In this document: in pieces, positions 49,655-57,145 of the stretch | How positions within the stretch are numbered: the first letter of the stretch is position 1 | Layout: every line of letters starts with the position of its first letter | Source: Candidatus Nomurabacteria bacterium | GTDB lineage: Bacteria; Patescibacteriota; Minisyncoccia; Phycocordibacterales; UBA9973 | Length of the DNA stretch: 64,000 nt | Direction of reading: 5' to 3' | NCBI GenBank assembly: GCA_943359485.1 | Contig: CALRHR010000001.1 | Span: forward strand, 51,141 to 115,140 | Notes under the pieces: model-generated | What the model was told of the DNA's origin: nothing | What the model saw: the letters and a program-made list of their open reading frames with translations, nothing else | Database searches by the model: none | Made by a program: the position numbers and the translations under genes

Positions 49655-50050
49655 ATGAAAAATATAAAAAAAATTCTCATAAATATCACGGCATTCCTGA
49701 TTGTATTTATGTTGCTTGTTACACCAGTATTGTCTTTTGCGTATAATATCAGGGATCCGATAGTGCCACCTTGTCCGGCGACTGGGTGTGGGTGGAATGA
49801 ATTTTTAATGCTTATAAACAATGTAATTTATTTTATTCTGTATGGTTTGGCTATGCCTATTGCTGCCATTATGTTTGCGTATGCCGGAGTTCTTCTCGTC
49901 CAAGCGCAAGGTGGGGAAGCCAAAACTAAAGCCAAAGAAATTTTCCTGAACGCTGTGTACGGCCTGGCCATAGCCGCCGCTGCCTGGCTGATAGTCAAAA
50001 CCTTACTCGCTGTGTTGGGTTACAAAGATGCCGCTTGGATTGGATTTTAG
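49655..50050 (+). CDS. T4SS-pilin-like (TrbC/VirB2-like) small membrane protein 1
   Basis: It has a signal peptide plus two TM helices. These flank the loop LLVQAQGGEAKTKAKEIFLNAVYGLAIAAAAW. Confidence 0.6.
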   Translation: MKNIKKILINITAFLIVFMLLVTPVLSFAYNIRDPIVPPCPATGCGWNEFLMLINNVIYFILYGLAMPIAAIMFAYAGVLLVQAQGGEAKTKAKEIFLNAVYGLAIAAAAWLIVKTLLAVLGYKDAAWIGF

Positions 50051-50074
50051 TGTGTGTATGTTATAATAAAAGCA

Positions 50075-50482
50075 ATGAAATTTATTAAGAAAAATTTTTA
50101 TATCATAGTACTGCTGACTTTTTTGGTTGTTATGCCTATCCTTTCTTTTGCGCAAGCTACGCCTGGCGGGAACCCTATAAGTACACCTGGTGGAAATGCC
50201 GGATGTGACCCCTCGAAGAAAATCTGCAATCCGATAAAAACCGACACCTTAAATGGCTTTATCAGGGCTATCCTTGAAGGCGTCTTCAAGATCGGCTTGC
50301 CTATTTTAGCGTTGGCATTTGTTTTTGTTGGTTTTCTGTTTGTGCAGGCCAGGGGTAATTCGGAAGAATTGACCAAGGCCAAAGATGCTCTGTTGTATAC
50401 TTTAATCGGTGCAGCGGTGATCCTCGGGTCGTGGGCTATCGCACAGCTTATCACTGAAACAGTGACCGCATTAAAACCGTAA
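50075..50482 (+). CDS. T4SS-pilin-like small membrane protein 2
   Basis: It has a signal peptide ending SFAQA and the loop FVQARGNSEELTKAKDALLYTLIGAAVILG. TATAAT lies 7 nt before the ATG at 50075. Confidence 0.6.
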   Translation: MKFIKKNFYIIVLLTFLVVMPILSFAQATPGGNPISTPGGNAGCDPSKKICNPIKTDTLNGFIRAILEGVFKIGLPILALAFVFVGFLFVQARGNSEELTKAKDALLYTLIGAAVILGSWAIAQLITETVTALKP

Positions 50483-50517
50483 GGTATGGTTGATTATTAA
50501 TAAAAATAAAAATAAAT

Positions 50518-50820
50518 ATGATGTGTAATCAAGAAGGTTTAATTGAAATGGTGTGTAGGTTGGGTGATCTTTTCAGTATTGTTGTTCCGGTATTAGTGGG
50601 CTTGGGAGTTGTTTACTTTGTCTGGGGTGTCGTTCAATATGTTATTGCTGATGATGTAGAGGCAAAGTCGAAGGGCAAAGACAGGATAATCTTTGGCATT
50701 ATCGGTTTGGCTGTGATTGTTAGTTTGTGGGGGTTAGTGTTCATTCTTACGGATACTTTTTTTGGTGTAGATGCAGGCATGGAAGGTGCCCCTGATTTTC
50801 AAGGTCTACTTCCTGAATAA
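50518..50820 (+). CDS. T4SS-pilin-like paralogue 3 (no obvious signal peptide)
   Basis: YFVWGVVQYVIADDVEAKSKGKDRIIFGIIGLAVIVSLWGLV. Confidence 0.5.
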   Translation: MMCNQEGLIEMVCRLGDLFSIVVPVLVGLGVVYFVWGVVQYVIADDVEAKSKGKDRIIFGIIGLAVIVSLWGLVFILTDTFFGVDAGMEGAPDFQGLLPE

Positions 50821-50825
50821 AAAAT

Positions 50826-51563
50826 ATGAAAAAATACGCACAAAAAATAGTAAAATTTATTCCAATACTTTTTATTTTAACCTTTGTTCCATTTTTAGTT
50901 TTTGCCCAACCCATACCCCCTTCTGCGCCTTCCGGTTTGGCTGCTGTAATAAATAAAATCAGTGCTTTGCTTAGCTCACTTCTCCCCGTACTTATTTCCC
51001 TAGGAGTACTCTATTTTATTTGGGGAGTTATTATTTATTTTATTGCTGACGATGCAGAGGCAAAGTCGAAGGGCAAAGACAGGATAATCTACGGCATTAT
51101 CGGCCTTGCTGTCATTGTCAGTGTTTGGGGACTGGTTGCCATCTTAAATCAAACTCTTGGTTTGAGTGGGAACTCTGGTTTATCTGGCGTGAGTGCTCCT
51201 TCTAGTATTTCAAATTTGGCACCCTCTTCCAATGTATTACCTTCATGTTCATATATGATAAGTAATAAACCAAAGCTGGCGAATTATCTGGAGTACTTTA
51301 CTTGTATAATTGCTCAATCAGTCATCCCACTTATCTTTGCCATAGCTGTCGTGACCTTTATCTGGGGTGCGGTAAAGTTCTTTATCATCAATGCGGAAGA
51401 GGAAGCCAAAAGAGATCAGGGCAAGCAGTTCATGCTCTGGGGTATTATTGCCCTCGCGGTGATGATCAGTGTTTGGGGTTTGGTCAAAATTCTGGGAGAG
51501 ACCGTGAATATAGATACAAACTATCTGCCTTCAGTTCAGCCGTACAGTTCATCCCGGCCGTAG
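50826..51563 (+). CDS. T4SS-pilin-like paralogue 4, tandem double-domain
   Basis: It has a signal peptide and two copies of the two-helix module (…ADDAEAKSKGKDRIIYGIIGLAV… and …NAEEEAKRDQGKQFMLWGIIALAV…). Confidence 0.55.
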   Translation: MKKYAQKIVKFIPILFILTFVPFLVFAQPIPPSAPSGLAAVINKISALLSSLLPVLISLGVLYFIWGVIIYFIADDAEAKSKGKDRIIYGIIGLAVIVSVWGLVAILNQTLGLSGNSGLSGVSAPSSISNLAPSSNVLPSCSYMISNKPKLANYLEYFTCIIAQSVIPLIFAIAVVTFIWGAVKFFIINAEEEAKRDQGKQFMLWGIIALAVMISVWGLVKILGETVNIDTNYLPSVQPYSSSRP

Positions 51564-51628
51564 CCCTTGCTTTTATTATTAGTATGTTTGTGTTAGAATT
51601 AACAGGTCGTTTATTAATTAAGTCAGGT

Positions 51629-51699
51629 ACTAGGTGTTAGGCGCTAGGCATTAGCATAAAATCAAGCTAAAGCTTAAAGTCTAAATTCCTAAAGCCTAA
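51629..51699. repeat. TAGGC-heptad palindromic element
   Basis: ACTAGGTGTTAGGCGCTAGGCATTAGC-ATAAAATCAA-GCTAAAGCTTAAAGTCTAAATTCCTAAAGCCTAA. Confidence 0.55.
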
Positions 51700-51703
51700 A
51701 AAA

Positions 51704-52090
51704 ATGAAAAATAAATTAATGGTTTTGTCGGGTTTTGTTATGGGTTTGGTTCCGGTCGTGGCGTTAGCGCAGAATACTGGTGGTACTCCTACTGTGTGTA
51801 CTGCGGGTCCTGTGACAACCTTTCAGGGTGCCTTGTGTAAAATTGGGGAGATTATGAATGCAATCATTCCGATTTTGATAACACTGGGTGTACTGTACTT
51901 TGTCTGGGGAGTTATTTCGTATGTTATTGCTGATGATGAAGAGGCAAAGTCAAAGGGACGAGACAGGATAATCTACGGTATTATCGGCTTGGCTGTTATC
52001 ATTTCTGTTTGGGGATTGGTGAAGATTTTGTCAAATACTTTTGGGCTTACAAATGTACAGCAAATTACTTTTCCGACTGTTTCTTACTAA
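51704..52090 (+). CDS. T4SS-pilin-like paralogue 5
   Basis: It has a signal peptide ending VALAQN and YFVWGVISYVIADDEEAKSKGRDRIIYGIIGLAVIISVWGLV. Confidence 0.55.
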   Translation: MKNKLMVLSGFVMGLVPVVALAQNTGGTPTVCTAGPVTTFQGALCKIGEIMNAIIPILITLGVLYFVWGVISYVIADDEEAKSKGRDRIIYGIIGLAVIISVWGLVKILSNTFGLTNVQQITFPTVSY

Positions 52091-52140
52091 TCTATAAAGT
52101 GTCGCACCAAGAATCGTGCGACATGATTTCGTAAAATCAC

Positions 52141-52488
52141 ATGAATTTATTTCTCGGTCTTTTCTCTGCCAGGGTGGCTTATGCGAGCGTTGATACCTTT
52201 ATGAATAGCGTAGGCGAGCTTATCATAAATCCGCTCATCAATTTTCTTTTTGCTCTAGCGGTGGTGTATTTTCTGTATGGCGTGTTTGAATTTCTGTCCA
52301 ATCAGGAAAATGAAGACAAGAGAACAGCCGGCAAGAGCCACATGCTTTGGGGAATTGTCGGCATCACCATCATGATGGGTGTGTGGATCATCTTTGGTCT
52401 TATTCTGGACACTTTTAACTTAAGAGGTGACATAGATGTCAGTTCAGGAGGGGTTATAAATGTGAAGTTGCCACCATACAATCCTTAA
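52141..52488 (+). CDS. T4SS-pilin-like paralogue 6 (divergent)
   Basis: VVYFLYGVFEFLSNQENEDKRTAGKSHMLWGIVGITIMMGVW. Confidence 0.5.
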   Translation: MNLFLGLFSARVAYASVDTFMNSVGELIINPLINFLFALAVVYFLYGVFEFLSNQENEDKRTAGKSHMLWGIVGITIMMGVWIIFGLILDTFNLRGDIDVSSGGVINVKLPPYNP

Positions 52489-52624
52489 TAGAGAATTCAT
52501 CTCAAGAGAATAAATTCAAATTAGAGACATAAAAAGGGCGACTTCGCAAAAGCGAAGTCGCCCTTTTAGGTTCTGGAGTCAGTTTACTTTGCACAGCATA
52601 GATCTTTTGTGGTATACTGCAACT

Positions 52625-52855
52625 ATGAAAAATATCATTCAATTTTCAATCGAAAAAGGGCAGGATGGGTATTACATTGCTACAGCAAATGATTTTGCTA
52701 TTATTACCCAAGCGAAAAATTTAGAAGATTTGTTTGTAAATATTAAAGAAGCCACCGAGCTTCACTTTGAAGAAATTTTAGAAGAAGAAACATCTCTGAG
52801 CCGCAATCCTTCAATTTTTATAAACTACGAAATGCCTATCGCGCTCTATGCCTAA
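52625..52855 (+). CDS. hicB: HicB-like antitoxin
   Basis: MKNIIQFSIEKGQDGYYIATANDF...DLFVNIKEATELHFE is UPF0150/HicB-like. TATACT (52613-52618) lies 6 nt before the ATG. Confidence 0.65.
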   Translation: MKNIIQFSIEKGQDGYYIATANDFAIITQAKNLEDLFVNIKEATELHFEEILEEETSLSRNPSIFINYEMPIALYA

Positions 52856-53090
52856 ATTAAAGCGACTTTCTGGCAAAGAAGTCATAACTTTTTGTGAACA
52901 ACACAATTTTAGTATCAGTAGACAGAAAGGAAGCCATATTAATTTGGTACGAATTGTTTCAGAGAAAAAACAAGTGGTGACCGTGCCAAATCATAAAGAA
53001 ATAGACAGAGGAACATTGCATAATATTTTCAAGAAACTGTCTTCATTCATTCCTGAAGAAGATTTAAGAAAATTTTTCTTTACTGACTAG
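52848..53090 (+). CDS. hicA: HicA mRNA-interferase toxin
   Basis: KLKRLSGKEVITFCEQHNFSISRQKGSHINL is the YcfA/HicA signature. It overlaps hicB by 8 nt. Confidence 0.75.
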   Translation: MPKLKRLSGKEVITFCEQHNFSISRQKGSHINLVRIVSEKKQVVTVPNHKEIDRGTLHNIFKKLSSFIPEEDLRKFFFTD

Positions 53091-53098
53091 GTAAAATC

Positions 53099-53140
53099 AA
53101 AAAGGCGGTCGTTCATCGCTGAACGGGTCCGCCTTTTGTT
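53099..53140. terminator. bidirectional terminator at the left edge of the GC-rich island
   Basis: AAAAGGCGG-(CGTTCA-GCGA-TGAACG)-CCGCCTTTT has T-runs on both strands. Confidence 0.65.
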
Positions 53141-53248
53141 TTGCGCGTGGGGCTCGCACGCGCGATGTTTTCATGAGCCCTCCTTTCTCCGAAGTTGATC
53201 TGCTTCGGGCAGAGACCTTCTTTGCGCTGGTCAGGCGCTCCGAGAGAA

Positions 53249-54253
53249 TTACTCCCGGATGTATACACCTGTGGCTGGGGTTGCCCCCTCGCCACAGAAC
53301 TTCCAGATCCCCGCCATCCCGATGGACGGCGGGGGGGTGGTGCCGAAGGTCTCTGTATGAGATCCTCCGTCCGGGTCAAACACCTTCATGGAGCCCCGAT
53401 CGGGACCCCACTGGCTGTTGATCCGTAGGTTCCGTTCGTAACAGCCATCTGTTCCGAACGGGTAGAGGGTGGGTGTCGGCCCTACCTTCGCGGGCGCCGG
53501 GGCTGTCGAGGCCACCGGCGTGGATGTCCGGCTACCTGCCGGTGAGGGGGGTGCGGGAGGTAACAATCCCCCAAAAAATCCACCCACTGTCTCCCGGATC
53601 TCGGTCCCGACCCGTTGGGCTACTTTGTCGCCGACTACAGCCTTTTTTGCTGTGTCGATAGCCACTGGGCCGATGCCGCGCCCCTCGGATGCCGCCTGAT
53701 CTGCTTCCTCCCACTTCGTCGTGGGGGCGGGAATCGCGGGGACCGTCATTGGCGTCGCCGACTTCGGCCGAGCCATCTCGGCCGATCGTGGCATTTCCCT
53801 TGCCACGAAAAGGGAAATCAACACTATTCCGAAGATGGTGAGCGCTGGCTTCACTCGGCCGTGTGCCGTCATTGCGGCGATCACGACCGAACAAAAAAAC
53901 AGCGCTACCCAAATTAAGATATCCGTACTGGCTGTTGGGTATAGCCATGGGCGTGGTCCCGTGGTGAGAAAGTAGCTGAAGGCGAAGTTATTGCTAACTC
54001 CGACAACAGTAGTTCCCACCATCATGACGAATGTAAGCGTAGAGAACCCGACGATGAATTTCTTCATTCCATCGGAAATTCCGCCGCCGTGTGCCGCCGC
54101 GGGTCGCGAGAGGCCGCCCCAGCCTTGGTGCTGGGCCAGCTTGTAAAGGCCGTACAGCACTCCGCCGACGATAGCGACGGTCCAGGGGTTCCAGCCGAAT
54201 GAGCTCGACACCCAATACACTCCCAGGGCCGCGATTGCAAATTTCCAAAACAT
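53249..54253 (-). CDS. GC-rich polytopic membrane protein A1 (unknown function; Pro-rich linker plus small Cys-containing C-terminal domain)
   Basis: A 334-aa ORF with an ATG preceded by AAGGAAG. Third codon positions are G/C-rich. There are about 5 hydrophobic helices, then PAIPAPTT...PPAPPSPAGSRTSTPVASTAPAPAKVGPTP. Confidence 0.65.
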   Translation of the reverse strand: MFWKFAIAALGVYWVSSSFGWNPWTVAIVGGVLYGLYKLAQHQGWGGLSRPAAAHGGGISDGMKKFIVGFSTLTFVMMVGTTVVGVSNNFAFSYFLTTGPRPWLYPTASTDILIWVALFFCSVVIAAMTAHGRVKPALTIFGIVLISLFVAREMPRSAEMARPKSATPMTVPAIPAPTTKWEEADQAASEGRGIGPVAIDTAKKAVVGDKVAQRVGTEIRETVGGFFGGLLPPAPPSPAGSRTSTPVASTAPAPAKVGPTPTLYPFGTDGCYERNLRINSQWGPDRGSMKVFDPDGGSHTETFGTTPPPSIGMAGIWKFCGEGATPATGVYIRE

Positions 54254-54545
54254 TTCATTTCTTCCTTAACTCCGTCCCCTTGACTGGGCAACATGGAGTT
54301 GGAGCAGACTGATCAGAGTACTACAACCGCTTGCGCGTTTGTCTTACTTTGAATAGTCTGCCCGCTAGGAAGCCGGATTTTTTCTCTCCTCTCCTTACCC
54401 CCTCCGCTTTCAGCACCTCCCCCTAAATAGGGGGAGGCCGGGTAGGGGTACAAAGGGGTGAGGGTTCAGCTACATGGCGGGCAAACCATTCATTTTGCTC
54501 GAAATTCTACTTACTTCTTATTTAATTTTCGAAGGTCAGCTTTAC
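54254..54545 (-). promoter_or_regulatory. ~290-nt structured 5' leader of cassette 1
   Basis: A 13-bp long-range stem (54351-54363 with 54479-54491) encloses a GC-rich variable domain. A GCAA-tetraloop hairpin lies at 54328-54337. Confidence 0.55.
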
Positions 54546-54551
54546 CTATGT

Positions 54552-54580
54552 ATTGTATCACACTTATGACAAAAAGTCAA
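54552..54580 (-). promoter_or_regulatory. promoter of cassette 1 (TTGACT-N17-TACAAT on minus strand)
   Basis: The -35 lies at 54575-54580 and the -10 at 54552-54557. The sequence is identical to cassette 2. Confidence 0.7.
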
Positions 54581-54626
54581 GCCCTTTGGGCTGAATTTGT
54601 CCTTATTTTGTAAGGTTAAAATGATA

Positions 54627-54658
54627 AAAGGGCCGCCTCAGTGAAGAGACAGCCCTTT
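54627..54658 (-). terminator. terminator of cassette 2
   Basis: On the minus strand, AAAGGGCTG...CGGCCCTTT is followed by TATCATTTT. Confidence 0.55.
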
Positions 54659-54783
54659 GTTTTGCGCTGGGCCTGTGCGCGATTTGGGCCCTGGGTTGAC
54701 GAGTCCCCGTTGCGTCACTCTGGTTTGTTCCCTCCAGACGGGAGACCTCTATTTTGTAAGCGCTGGTCAGGTGCTTTGTCTTT

Positions 54784-55281
54784 TTAGGGGCAGTACCGGC
54801 TTGCCCCCTCTTCGAGGGGGTTGAACGGCCGTTTCTTCCCGTCCTCCCCGACGATCTCGTCGGGGCAGCCGAATTTCTTGTGTTTGGGGGTCCCTACCCC
54901 CAGAATTTTGTCGACGGCCTGGTCGAGCGCTTGCCCGACAGAGACCGCCGACTTGCCGTCGCCGAGTCCAAGACTCCCGAGGACCTTGTTGATCCCCTCG
55001 AGGGCCGCGTTCCCGGCGGTCTTTCCGATCTCAAGCGCGCGCCGATTGCGCAGCGCGCGGGCCTTGGCTAGAATCGTCGGAGTGCTGTCCTCCGGATGCG
55101 CCTCGAGCCAGGCCAGCGTCTTGCTGGCCCCGTCATAGAGCGCCTTCGCTCCCTCGATTGTTGTAGCGGCTGGAGCCTTCTCCAGAGCCGCCACTTTCTG
55201 CGCCATTTTTTCTTGTCGGCTGGCGCCACAACCGACCGCCGTGAGTGCCACGGCGAGCACGAACGTCAAGAGGAAATTCAT
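54784..55281 (-). CDS. GC-rich putative lipoprotein B2 (helical, unknown function)
   Basis: The signal peptide MNFLLTFVLAVALTAVGC is lipobox-like. GGAGGGGGAGGGAAGAA lies immediately upstream. The start overlaps the upstream stop as ATGA. Confidence 0.65.
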   Translation of the reverse strand: MNFLLTFVLAVALTAVGCGASRQEKMAQKVAALEKAPAATTIEGAKALYDGASKTLAWLEAHPEDSTPTILAKARALRNRRALEIGKTAGNAALEGINKVLGSLGLGDGKSAVSVGQALDQAVDKILGVGTPKHKKFGCPDEIVGEDGKKRPFNPLEEGASRYCP

Positions 55282-56153
55282 TTCTTCCCTCCCCCTCCAA
55301 ACATTCCCTTGACTATCCACTCCAGGGGCTGGGTGACTACCTCACCCAGGGAGTGTTTGGCGGCCAACTCCCCAATGCCGCCAATCTTCCATTTCCTAAT
55401 ACCCCCGAGGACCTCGTCCCAACGGGAGCAGACGATGGCTCCGACGAGCGCTATCATCTGCCACCCGAGAACTCCCCACCCCATAGCCTTCTCCCCGAAG
55501 AGAAACGAGTTAATGGTTGCCCAAAAACCGAATTCCCCCAGGGGATCCTCGAGCGGAGTCGTTGCCACAGCCCAGAACTGGGCTTTGGCGATTTCGATGG
55601 GGTTTAGGGTTGCTGGCGCCGCGGTAGGGTCCACCCACCACAAAAACACCACCCCTAACACCATCCACACCGTCGTGCGAAGTACCCAGTTGTTGTCGCC
55701 GAGCCGGATCAGGACACTCCGCCCGATCTCCGCAGCCCCACGGCCGTGAGTCTCGATTCCCGCGAAGATGGCGAAGACCGCGAGCGTGGTCACGAGGGCA
55801 ACTAGCGTAAAGGCTGGGTAGCCGAACCAAAAACCGAAGACGATCCAGTAGAGTACTATGAACAGCGCCCCCCAGAATCCCACGGTCTTCGGCTTGATCA
55901 CTACCTCGCCTTCGTCGCAAGCGCCATCGCCTACGACTTCGGCCCTAATGATGTGTCGTCCCGGTTTGAGGTCTTTGAGCTCGAAGCTCGCGACCCCGCC
56001 TTCCGTCTTTACGGCGCGCTTGCGCTTGCCGTCGACCGAGAAACGAACCTGGACTTCTTTCTCGCCACCTTTTTTCCCGGCGGTGGCCGGCCGGTCTGAC
56101 ACGACGGCTTCCGCCACCGTGTCTTTCTCTACTAAACTCAAAGTCAAAATCAT
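55278..56153 (-). CDS. GC-rich membrane protein A2 (N-terminal beta-rich soluble domain plus multiple TM helices)
   Basis: The start is chosen at MILTLS, with TAGGAG 7 nt upstream. The hydrophobic core is FWGALFIVLYWIVFGFWFGYPAFTLVALVTTLAVFAIFAGI. Confidence 0.6.
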   Translation of the reverse strand: MILTLSLVEKDTVAEAVVSDRPATAGKKGGEKEVQVRFSVDGKRKRAVKTEGGVASFELKDLKPGRHIIRAEVVGDGACDEGEVVIKPKTVGFWGALFIVLYWIVFGFWFGYPAFTLVALVTTLAVFAIFAGIETHGRGAAEIGRSVLIRLGDNNWVLRTTVWMVLGVVFLWWVDPTAAPATLNPIEIAKAQFWAVATTPLEDPLGEFGFWATINSFLFGEKAMGWGVLGWQMIALVGAIVCSRWDEVLGGIRKWKIGGIGELAAKHSLGEVVTQPLEWIVKGMFGGGGKK

Positions 56154-56462
56154 TATCTTTCTCCTAATCAAATTTTTTCTCGAGCACACGATTCAGAATA
56201 CTACAACCACTTGCGTGTTTGTCGTTTCCTGAATAGTCTGCCCATCAATGAGCCGATGCATTTCCTCTCCCTGCGAAGGGGGAGATTTGAGAGGGGGTCT
56301 CAAGAATTACCACCCCTAGCCCCTCCTTAATCAAGGAGGGGAGGAAACATAAAATACTCAGCTTCTTAACGGGCAAACCATTCATTTCCCCGCCAGTCTG
56401 GCCGGGGTAAATTGCTCGAAATTCTACTTACTTCTTATTTAATTTTCGAGTAACAGCTTTAC
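56154..56462 (-). promoter_or_regulatory. ~310-nt structured 5' leader of cassette 2
   Basis: It has the same architecture as 54254-54545. The stem joins 56231-56243 with 56371-56383, and the GCAA hairpin lies at 56208-56217. There is an extra 24-nt hairpin insert. Confidence 0.55.
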
Positions 56463-56468
56463 CTATGT

Positions 56469-56497
56469 ATTGTATCACACTTATGACAAAAAGTCAA
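56469..56497 (-). promoter_or_regulatory. promoter of cassette 2 (TTGACT-N17-TACAAT on minus strand)
   Basis: The -35 lies at 56492-56497 and the -10 at 56469-56474. Confidence 0.7.
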
Positions 56498-56626
56498 GCC
56501 TAAATGCTCCAAAACAGCCTTATTTTACAGGCTATTTTGGGGCATTATTGACATTAGTCTTGTATTGTGTTTTTAAAAAAGTCTATAGTTCTTGTCTTAA
56601 TCTAATTCAAATGATATTATATAAAT

Positions 56627-56857
56627 ATGAACACCGTAACCTTACCCAAAAATCAATACATGCAAATTTTAAGCACTCAAGACAAATTTCAAGTGGATTT
56701 GTCTCGCTTGGAGAGAATGGTTTCTTATATGGTTCAAGATGAAGTTAGTCCGGTGTATATGACCAGACTTTCTAAGATAGAGAAAGGTCTTTCCGCTGGC
56801 AAAGGTGTTAAGTTTAAAAATAAAAGTGAACTCAAAAAATTCTTTCGTTCTTTATAG
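56627..56857 (+). CDS. putative antitoxin (partner of the RelE/ParE-like toxin)
   Basis: A 76-aa ORF lying 2 nt upstream of the toxin gene. TATTAT (56615-56620) lies 6 nt before the ATG. Confidence 0.5.
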   Translation: MNTVTLPKNQYMQILSTQDKFQVDLSRLERMVSYMVQDEVSPVYMTRLSKIEKGLSAGKGVKFKNKSELKKFFRSL

Positions 56858-56859
56858 TT

Positions 56860-57144
56860 ATGAATAATTTAGAGAAGATGAATTTTATTTTTTCTCTGGA
56901 ATTTAAAAAAATTCTAGAGAAAATGGCAAAGAAAGATAAATTAGGATTAAAAAAAATAGAAGACCAAGTATATAAAATAATCTCTAATCCACTCATAGGT
57001 AAACCTCTTCGTAATGTTATGAAAAGTTATCGACGAGTTCATATAGGGCATTTTGTTTTGATTTATAAAATAGAGAACGGAGAGATAACATTTGCAGATT
57101 ATGACCATCATGATCGCATTTATAAAAAATATTCTCTAACCTAA
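56860..57144 (+). CDS. RelE/ParE-family toxin
   Basis: YRRVHIGHFVLIYKIENGEITFADYDHHDRIY. Confidence 0.65.
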   Translation: MNNLEKMNFIFSLEFKKILEKMAKKDKLGLKKIEDQVYKIISNPLIGKPLRNVMKSYRRVHIGHFVLIYKIENGEITFADYDHHDRIYKKYSLT

Positions 57145-57145
57145 T

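Noticed and set aside
53097-53174. 25-codon ORF (MKTSRVRAPRAKQKADPFSDERPPF) with a strong AAAGGAGGG site in the 3' region of cassette 1.
   Set aside because: The homologous trailer of cassette 2 is similar at DNA level, but an indel shifts the frame, so no peptide is conserved. The ORF runs through the terminator hairpin. Conservation is better explained at the RNA or DNA level.
53113-56232. Many overlapping ORFs in other frames and strands of the GC-rich island (for example 53532-53948, 55096-55749, 55510-55920 and 55858-56232).
   Set aside because: They are the expected stop-codon-poor artefacts of high-GC DNA. They lack start context, and their translations are Arg/Pro/Gly-rich low-complexity sequence. 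The chosen frames have SD-like sites, G/C-rich third positions, TM helices and an ATGA coupling.
53097-56500. Simple metagenome mis-assembly as the explanation for the GC jump.
   Set aside because: This is not fully excluded, but it is disfavoured. AT-rich promoter/leader segments are interleaved twice with GC-rich segments. Boundaries coincide with terminators. A GC-rich hairpin element from the leader recurs at 8720-8775 in native context. Read mapping is still needed.
56470-56742. 90-aa plus-strand ORF spanning the cassette-2 promoter and the antitoxin start.
   Set aside because: It overlaps the conserved minus-strand promoter and the better-supported leaderless antitoxin ORF (56627). No motif is present.
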